NCBI GenBank assembly: GCA_903857665.1
Contig: CAIOFV010000098.1
Coordinates: forward strand, 968-64,967
Source: an uncultured Myxococcales bacterium
Lineage (GTDB): Bacteria; Myxococcota_A; UBA9042; DTJE01
Direction: 5' to 3'
Length of the DNA: 64,000 nt
Shown here: in pieces, positions 57,985 to 64,000 of the stretch
Numbering within the stretch: the stretch's first letter is position 1
Layout of the letters: the number at the start of each line of letters is the position of its first letter
The notes under the pieces: generated by a model
What the model was told of the DNA's origin: nothing
Database searches by the model: none
What the model saw: the letters and a program-made list of their open reading frames with translations, nothing else
Translations under genes and position numbers: made by a program

Positions 57985-60123
57985 ATGAAACGCCGCATCA
58001 ACGTCGCGTTCCTGTGGCACATGCACCAACCGCCCTACGAGGAGCCGCGCTCGGGCCTCTTCCTGCTCCCGTGGACCTACCTTCACGGCACCAAGGACTA
58101 CTACGACATGGGCGAGGTGGCCGGGCGGCACCCGAAGATGCGGATGAACGTGAACTTCACGCCCAGCCTGCTCGAGGGCCTGGCGCGATACGCCGAAGGC
58201 GGCCCGGTTCCGGACCTGACCCTCCAGGCCATGACGAAGGACCCGGCGCTGCTGACGTCGGCGGATCGGGAGTTCCTGCTGCGGACCTGCTTCGGCGTGA
58301 ACCAGTCCACCATGATCACCCGCTTCCCCCGGTACGGCGAACTGTTCGACCTGATGCACGGAACGCCGATCGAGGGGCCGGCGATCGACCGGTTCACCCC
58401 CCGCGACTTCCTGGACCTCACGGTCCTGTACCTGCTGGTGTGGTGCGGCCCGACCCTGCAGCAGGACCCGCGCATCCAGGAAATCGCCGCCAGGGGGAGC
58501 GATTTCACCGCGGCCGACCGGGGCACGCTGCTGGCCGTGGGCCGCGAGTTCCTGGGCCGGATCGTGCCGTTGTACCGTGACCTGTGGGCCTCCGGGCAGA
58601 TCGAGATGTCCACGACGCCGTTCAACCACCCGATCCTCCCACTGCTGTGCACGACCCACGCGGCGGTCGAGGCCGACCCATCGACCCGGCTTCCCTGGGC
58701 CCGCGTCGAGGCCCCGGAAGAGGCGGAGCGGCAGGTGGACGAGGGGCTCACGTACTTCGAGCGCACCTTCGGCCGCCGGCCCGCGGGAATGTGGCCCGCG
58801 GAAGGCGCCGTGTCCGAGCCCGCGGTCCGCATCCTGGGATCGCGCGGGGTGCGCTGGATATGCACCGACGAGGAAATCCTGCGTCGTTCGCTGGGCGGAT
58901 CCATGACCCTCGCCGAGCGCATGCGCCCGCACCGGTTCGCCGGGGTGTCGATCTTCTTCCGCGACCACTTCCTGTCGGACCAGATCGGTTTCGTGTACAG
59001 CCGCTGGCCGCGCGAAAAGGCGGTCAAGGCGTTCATGCAGGAACTGCGGCACCGCGCCGAGGCGAGCGAGGACGACCGTTCGATCGTGGTCGTGGCCCTC
59101 GACGGCGAAAACGCCTGGGAGCACTACCCGGATGGCGGATATCCCTTCCTGGACGCTCTGTACGACGCCGTTTCCCGGTCGGACTTCGCCGTCCCCGTGA
59201 CCTTCAGCGAGTACCTCGACCGGCATGGGCCCGGCGAGCCGATGGACATGCTGGCGACGGGGTCCTGGATCGACGGCAACCTGAACACGTGGATCGGCGA
59301 CCCGGTCAAGAACCGCGCGTGGTCCTTCCTGGCCGAGGCGCTCGAGGTGGCCCGCGACGTGTCGGCCCTGGCCCCGGAAAAGCGCGACCTCGTCCGTCGA
59401 CTGCTGATGCGCGCCGAGGCCTCGGACTGGTTCTGGTGGTTCGGCGCGGGCCACTCTTCGATCCACGAACGCGAGTTCGACTACCTGTTCCGACAGAACC
59501 TGCAGATGATCTACCAGGAATTGGGCCTGACCGCGCCCGAACACCTCGGCCGCCCCGTCGCCCCGGACCATTCGCCCGTTCCCGTCGTGCCGCCCACGGC
59601 CCGCATCTCGCCGGCCATCACCGGGTACCGGGACAGCTACTACAAATGGGTTGGGGCAGGTTCCTGCGCCTTCCAGCAGGGGTCCATCCATCGTCTCCAG
59701 CCCCTCGTGGCCGGCGTCCGCTTCGGCTTCGACGACCGGTGTTTCTACCTGCGGGTCGATGGGTTCAAGTCCATGGCCGAACTGATGAACCTCGGCGACT
59801 GGCTCACCATCGACGTATCGCGCCCCGATCCCCTGACGTTCCTGGTGCGCCGCGAAAACGGTGGCCTGACCGTCGAGACGCGCGACAAGGACGGCACGAC
59901 GACCGCCCTGCCCGAGGCCCGCGCCGCCGTGGGCGAAGTGCTCGAGGTTTCGCTGCCCCTGGGTGTCTTCCGCCCCTGGCGCGAATCCCGGGCGGCGTTT
60001 GCCATCGAGTTCCACCTTGTGCTAGGAAGTGCCGAACTTTCGGACGAACGCTTCCCCTGGGACGCCGTCATCGACGTGACGTGCGACCCCATGGGGATCG
60101 AACGGTCGAACTGGTTCGTGTGA
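57985..60123 (+). CDS. Glycoside hydrolase family 57 (amylopullulanase-like)
   Basis: WHMHQPPY, NFTPSL, HPILPLL, GMWPAEG (nucleophile), LDGENAWE (acid/base), AEASDWFWW. Confidence 0.92.
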   Translation: MKRRINVAFLWHMHQPPYEEPRSGLFLLPWTYLHGTKDYYDMGEVAGRHPKMRMNVNFTPSLLEGLARYAEGGPVPDLTLQAMTKDPALLTSADREFLLRTCFGVNQSTMITRFPRYGELFDLMHGTPIEGPAIDRFTPRDFLDLTVLYLLVWCGPTLQQDPRIQEIAARGSDFTAADRGTLLAVGREFLGRIVPLYRDLWASGQIEMSTTPFNHPILPLLCTTHAAVEADPSTRLPWARVEAPEEAERQVDEGLTYFERTFGRRPAGMWPAEGAVSEPAVRILGSRGVRWICTDEEILRRSLGGSMTLAERMRPHRFAGVSIFFRDHFLSDQIGFVYSRWPREKAVKAFMQELRHRAEASEDDRSIVVVALDGENAWEHYPDGGYPFLDALYDAVSRSDFAVPVTFSEYLDRHGPGEPMDMLATGSWIDGNLNTWIGDPVKNRAWSFLAEALEVARDVSALAPEKRDLVRRLLMRAEASDWFWWFGAGHSSIHEREFDYLFRQNLQMIYQELGLTAPEHLGRPVAPDHSPVPVVPPTARISPAITGYRDSYYKWVGAGSCAFQQGSIHRLQPLVAGVRFGFDDRCFYLRVDGFKSMAELMNLGDWLTIDVSRPDPLTFLVRRENGGLTVETRDKDGTTTALPEARAAVGEVLEVSLPLGVFRPWRESRAAFAIEFHLVLGSAELSDERFPWDAVIDVTCDPMGIERSNWFV

Positions 60124-60139
60124 CCTGCTGGAGGTCCGG

Positions 60140-61174
60140 ATGCCCGAGCTCCGCCATGACCCCGTGCAACGACGCTGGGTCATCATTTCCACGGAGCGCG
60201 CCAGCCGACCGCAGGAGTTCGCCGTCGAACGCGGCCAGGGCGCGACCGACCGCGACACCTGCCCCTTCTGCCCCGGCCACGAGGAAGCGACGCCGCCTCA
60301 GATCGGCGCCTTCGCCGATCCGGACAACCCGTCGGCGTGGAAGGTCCGGGTCGTCGCGAACAAGTTCCCGGCCCTGCGCATCGAGGGCGACCTCGAACGT
60401 GCCGCGGTGGGACAGTACGACCGCATGAACGGCGTGGGCGCCCACGAGGTCATCGTGGAAACGCCGCACCACGACAAGGACCTGGCCGACCTCCCGGTCG
60501 AGGACGTCGCGGCCGTGCTGCGCATGTATCGCGAACGCATCATCGACCTCCAGCGCGACATGCGGTTCCGCTACATCCTGATCTTCCGCAACCGCGGCGC
60601 CGCGGCTGGCGCATCCCTGGAGCACCCGCATTCCCAGTTGATTGCCACGCCGATCACGCCGCGGACGGTATCGGTGGAACTGCAGAGCGCCCGCGAGCAC
60701 TACGCGCTGAAGGAACGATGCATCTTCTGCGACATCATCGCGCAGGAACTTGGCAACCAGTCCCGTATCGTCGCGAAGGACGCGGATTACGTGACCTGGT
60801 GCCCCTATGCGTCACGGTTCCCGTTCGAAATGTGCGTCGCCCCGCTGCGCCATGACGCGGACTACGCCTCGCTGGACGACGGCCGCCTGTTCAGCCTGGC
60901 CCGCCACCTGCGCGAGGTCATCCGTCGCATGAAGGCGAGCCTGAACGACCCGCCGTACAACTTCCTGCTGCACACCGCGCCGTCCTACCACCTGCTGAAC
61001 CGGCGCCCCGGCTACTGGTCCACGATCGAAATGGACTGGCACTGGCACATCGAAATCCTGCCGCGCCTGGTCAAGACGGCCGGTTTCGAGTGGGGCAGCG
61101 GTTTCTACATCAACCCGACCCCGCCCGAGGACGCCGCGCGATTCCTGCGCGAGGTGCGTTTTCCGGCCGACTGA
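60140..61174 (+). CDS. galT: Galactose-1-phosphate uridylyltransferase (HIT family)
   Basis: ELRHDP...W....ER..RP, CPFC, NKFPAL, GASLEHPHSQ, HWHIEILPR, AGFEWGSG. Confidence 0.92.
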   Translation: MPELRHDPVQRRWVIISTERASRPQEFAVERGQGATDRDTCPFCPGHEEATPPQIGAFADPDNPSAWKVRVVANKFPALRIEGDLERAAVGQYDRMNGVGAHEVIVETPHHDKDLADLPVEDVAAVLRMYRERIIDLQRDMRFRYILIFRNRGAAAGASLEHPHSQLIATPITPRTVSVELQSAREHYALKERCIFCDIIAQELGNQSRIVAKDADYVTWCPYASRFPFEMCVAPLRHDADYASLDDGRLFSLARHLREVIRRMKASLNDPPYNFLLHTAPSYHLLNRRPGYWSTIEMDWHWHIEILPRLVKTAGFEWGSGFYINPTPPEDAARFLREVRFPAD

Positions 61175-61213
61175 GTTGGCCGGATCGGCAGGACCGGCAA
61201 CGCGCACTGCCAA

Positions 61214-61324
61214 CCGCTTCCGGAAGGGGATCCGTGGAAGTGCTGTGCGGCGGCGGCGTTCCTTACGGCAGTGCGGACTTCCCGCTTCCGGAAGTTTGAC
61301 GCAGACCCCTCGTTCGATTACCCT
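61214..61324 (+). promoter_or_regulatory. Promoter with duplicated palindromic operator-like sites
   Basis: CCGCTTCCGGAAG at 61214-61226 and 61282-61294; TTGACG (61296)-17 nt-TACCCT (61319-61324). Confidence 0.55.
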
Positions 61325-61330
61325 AACCCC

Positions 61331-61630
61331 ATGATCCGAGCCATGGTTTACCGGCTCAGACCCGACGTCGTGCACCGCTCCCTGGACGACGAGCATTTCA
61401 TGCTCTCGGCCGACAGCGCGTTCCACGTCGTTTCGGACCCGGTAGGAGCCTTCGTCCTCGACCTCCTCCGGGAGCGCCCCGGCCGGTCGGCGGACGAAAT
61501 CGTGCGGGCCGTGCGCGATGAGTTCGCCGCGGACCAGTCGCACGACGTGGAAGCCGACCTGAGGGCGTTCCTGGATTCGCTGGTATCGCGAGACATCCTG
61601 GAAGCCGTTGTGCTGGAGGGAGAATCATGA
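61331..61630 (+). CDS. PqqD / RiPP-recognition-element family protein
   Basis: About 95 aa, YRLRPDVVHRSLDDE..ML......H....VGAFVLDLL......EIV..V..EF......VEADLRAFLDSL..RDIL; start 61331 or 61343. Confidence 0.82.
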   Translation: MIRAMVYRLRPDVVHRSLDDEHFMLSADSAFHVVSDPVGAFVLDLLRERPGRSADEIVRAVRDEFAADQSHDVEADLRAFLDSLVSRDILEAVVLEGES

Positions 61631-64000
61631 GCCGCAATTCAACAAACCTTCTCGTGGCCCTGATCCTGGCGGCCCTGTCCGCGTGCGCCGGGGGCGGCAC
61701 CGTGGGATTCTCCGGAGAGATCGAAACGCCCGATGCGCTGGACGCTGACACCGGCGCCGACGTCGCGGACGGCGCCGACGTCGCGGACCTCGACCTGCCC
61801 GATGCCGACGCGCCCGACGTCGATGTCATTGCGACGCCCGTGCTCTCCATGGTCTTCCAGACCGCCTCGGGCCCCAAGGGGCAGGGCACGGACACCGTCT
61901 CCCTCGGGAAGGCCGACGAGCCCGCCACTTACGTGGCCAGCGCCGGCTTCCAGATGGACATCGTCGTCACGACGAAGAACCTTGAAAACGGCGACGACGT
62001 CCGCCTGTTCGTGGCGGGAAACCTGGTGTCAACGGTCAAGGCCGTCGTCACGGCCGGCGATGGGACCGCGTCCTTCACCAACGTGACGCTGACCCACAAC
62101 CCGACCGGCTACGAGGTCCGGGCCGAGGCGACCAACAGCCAGCAGCAGACGGGCCAGGTGACCAAGACGGTCAAGGTGGACATCGGGACCTGCGGCGTCG
62201 GCCTGACGCCGACCAACGCGGCATGCGTGCTGGCCGACGCGGATCCGGTCAAGGCCGGCTTCCAGGTCAATTTCACCGTCACGAACCCCGATCGCACCTG
62301 CACGACGGCCCGCATCAAGGTCACGGTGAACGGTACCACCACCACGACGAGCCCGGTCGCCCTGGACTCGTCCGGCGCCGCCTCGATCCCGGTGACGCTG
62401 CTGGACCACGTCGATGGCGTGGACGGCGTGACCGTACAGGTGGCTGCCGAGGTGTCGGACACGGCCGCCGCGGTCCGGACTGCGGTCACCGCGGACCTGG
62501 CGTACACGCTCGACCTGGTGGATCCGACGATCGCCATCACCCAGCCCGCCAAGGCCTTCCTGACCCTGCAGGACGACAAGGACGGCGACCCCTCGAACGG
62601 CCTGACGTTCGACGCGGCGGGCACGGCCACCGGCACGAAGGCAGGCAGCGCGGTCGCCGTCACCCTGGACGGAGCTGAGGTCGGGTCCCCGGTGCCGAAC
62701 GCCGGCGGCCTCTGGAGCGTTCCGGACCTTTCGGTGACGACGGACGGCGGCCACACCGTGGTGGCGACCGGCCAGGACGCCTGCGGGCGGACGGGCCGCG
62801 CCGAGTTCACCTTCCAGGCAAGTGTCACCCAGGCGGCCCTGGCGATCATGGCCCCCAGCGCAGGATCCGTGCTGCTGGCGAAGAACGACGGGAACCCGGC
62901 CACCCCGCTGGTGTACGAAACGAACGTGGTCGTGCACGGGGAATCGGTCGAGGCCGGCACCCAGTTGATCGTCCGCTGCCGCGAAGACCGTCTGGGCACT
63001 CCCGAGCTGGCCGTCGGCAGCCTCACGGTCACCACGCCCGCGGCAGACGGCATCTACACGATCCCGGTGTCGCTGTCCGTGGCTGCGATGACCAGCAAGG
63101 TGATCTGCCGCGTGCTGGACAACGCCGCCAACCCCTCCGTTTCCGGCAACGTCGCGTTCAGCGTGGGCCTGCCCGCGCCCGAACTGCGCATCCTGCAGCC
63201 GGTGGCCGGCGCCCTGGTCAACAAGACCAGCCTGAACGTCGTCCTCGCGGCCTCGAACCTGAATGCGGTGGTACCCGTCATCCGGGTGCTGGACGCCGGC
63301 GGCGCCGAGGCCCTGTCGTTCACCCCCGCCAGTTCGATCAAGAACGGCGGCCTGGTCGTCGTCGTGCCGCTGCTGGTGGGTGGACAGCCCCTGGCGGACG
63401 GCACCTGGACCCTCGACGTCCAGGCGACCGACGCCTTCGGGAACCTGGCCTCCGACAACTCGACCAGTGTCACGCAGGCCGCGTTCACTCTGGACACCGT
63501 GGCACCCGAGGTGGCGATCACCACGCCCACCACCGAAACGCTGGACCCGGGAACGAACGCGAGCGATGCCGACCAGGATCCGATCGCCCCCGGATACCAG
63601 ACCACCGTGGTCGTCGCGGTCGTTTCCGACGGCGGAGCCGGGACCAAGGTCTGCCTGACCGTCAACGGCGACAAGGCATGCAAGACCCTCATCGACGGGG
63701 ACACCGCAGCGACGTTCGTAGGTGTGACACTGATCCCGGGCGCCAACGACCTGTCCGCCGTGGCAAGCGACGCCGGGGGCAACGTCGGCGCGACGGTCGG
63801 CCGGACGGTCGCCCTGGTCCTGCCGGGTCCCCGGGTCCGGGTCTCCACGCCCGACAGGAACGGCCCCCTGGCCGCCCTGCCGTTCAGCCTCGTGGTGAAG
63901 GTCACCGACGTGGCGGGCGCGGTCCAGGCGGCGGCGCCGGTCACGGTCTCGGTGGACGGCACGGACACCTTCAGCGACGTGACGGACTCCACCGGCACCG
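61627..64000 (+). CDS. Giant surface lipoprotein with bacterial Ig-like repeats (runs off the window)
   Basis: Missing from the ORF track because it has no stop. Open for more than 790 codons; lipobox LSAC, Asp-rich linker, T/V/A/G-rich Ig-like units (LADGTWTLDVQATDAFGN, LDTVAPEVAITTP); ATGA overlap with the PqqD gene. Confidence 0.88.
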   Translation, partial: MSRNSTNLLVALILAALSACAGGGTVGFSGEIETPDALDADTGADVADGADVADLDLPDADAPDVDVIATPVLSMVFQTASGPKGQGTDTVSLGKADEPATYVASAGFQMDIVVTTKNLENGDDVRLFVAGNLVSTVKAVVTAGDGTASFTNVTLTHNPTGYEVRAEATNSQQQTGQVTKTVKVDIGTCGVGLTPTNAACVLADADPVKAGFQVNFTVTNPDRTCTTARIKVTVNGTTTTTSPVALDSSGAASIPVTLLDHVDGVDGVTVQVAAEVSDTAAAVRTAVTADLAYTLDLVDPTIAITQPAKAFLTLQDDKDGDPSNGLTFDAAGTATGTKAGSAVAVTLDGAEVGSPVPNAGGLWSVPDLSVTTDGGHTVVATGQDACGRTGRAEFTFQASVTQAALAIMAPSAGSVLLAKNDGNPATPLVYETNVVVHGESVEAGTQLIVRCREDRLGTPELAVGSLTVTTPAADGIYTIPVSLSVAAMTSKVICRVLDNAANPSVSGNVAFSVGLPAPELRILQPVAGALVNKTSLNVVLAASNLNAVVPVIRVLDAGGAEALSFTPASSIKNGGLVVVVPLLVGGQPLADGTWTLDVQATDAFGNLASDNSTSVTQAAFTLDTVAPEVAITTPTTETLDPGTNASDADQDPIAPGYQTTVVVAVVSDGGAGTKVCLTVNGDKACKTLIDGDTAATFVGVTLIPGANDLSAVASDAGGNVGATVGRTVALVLPGPRVRVSTPDRNGPLAALPFSLVVKVTDVAGAVQAAAPVTVSVDGTDTFSDVTDSTGT
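61753..61788 (+). repeat. Perfect 18-bp tandem duplication encoding GADVAD x2
   Basis: GGCGCCGACGTCGCGGAC twice in the acidic linker of the giant lipoprotein. Confidence 0.8.

Noticed and set aside
61175-61330. RiPP precursor peptide or CRISPR-like repeats upstream of the PqqD gene
   Set aside because: No convincing small ORF with an RBS; only two 13-bp copies, not an array

Overview
High-GC (about 70% by eye) bacterial chromosomal window, probably Myxococcota/deltaproteobacterial. The clues are an MXAN_5187-like C-terminal domain protein, a Cys-rich Pal, FHA/sigma54 proteins and Cys-rich lipoproteins. It is densely coding, with about 55 CDS, and I found no rRNA, tRNA, CRISPR array or intact mobile element. 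Housekeeping genes: nth, trxB, thiSGE, pal/cpoB, tatA/B-tatC, rseP-tsaB, dapA, ffh, pdp/deoA, hisS, murC-murD, rarA, guaB, mnmG, cysE, GH57-galT. Most striking: (1) an intact, host-ameliorated gatE-gatD pair (the textbook archaea-specific Glu-tRNA(Gln) amidotransferase) between bacterial genes; (2) a five-gene FHA-coiled-coil / Ycf46-type AAA / DUF1257 / DUF2997 / unknown operon; (3) a tat operon with an extended TatC and a signal peptidase I homolog lacking both catalytic residues; (4) a PqqD-like protein translationally coupled to a giant Ig-repeat lipoprotein, behind a palindrome-flanked and apparently leaderless promoter; (5) a MurC with altered substrate-pocket motifs; (6) a catalytically dead GGDEF protein with an intact I-site; (7) an orphan eCIS-type DUF4157 gene. 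All family assignments come from motif recognition by eye, not from database searches.
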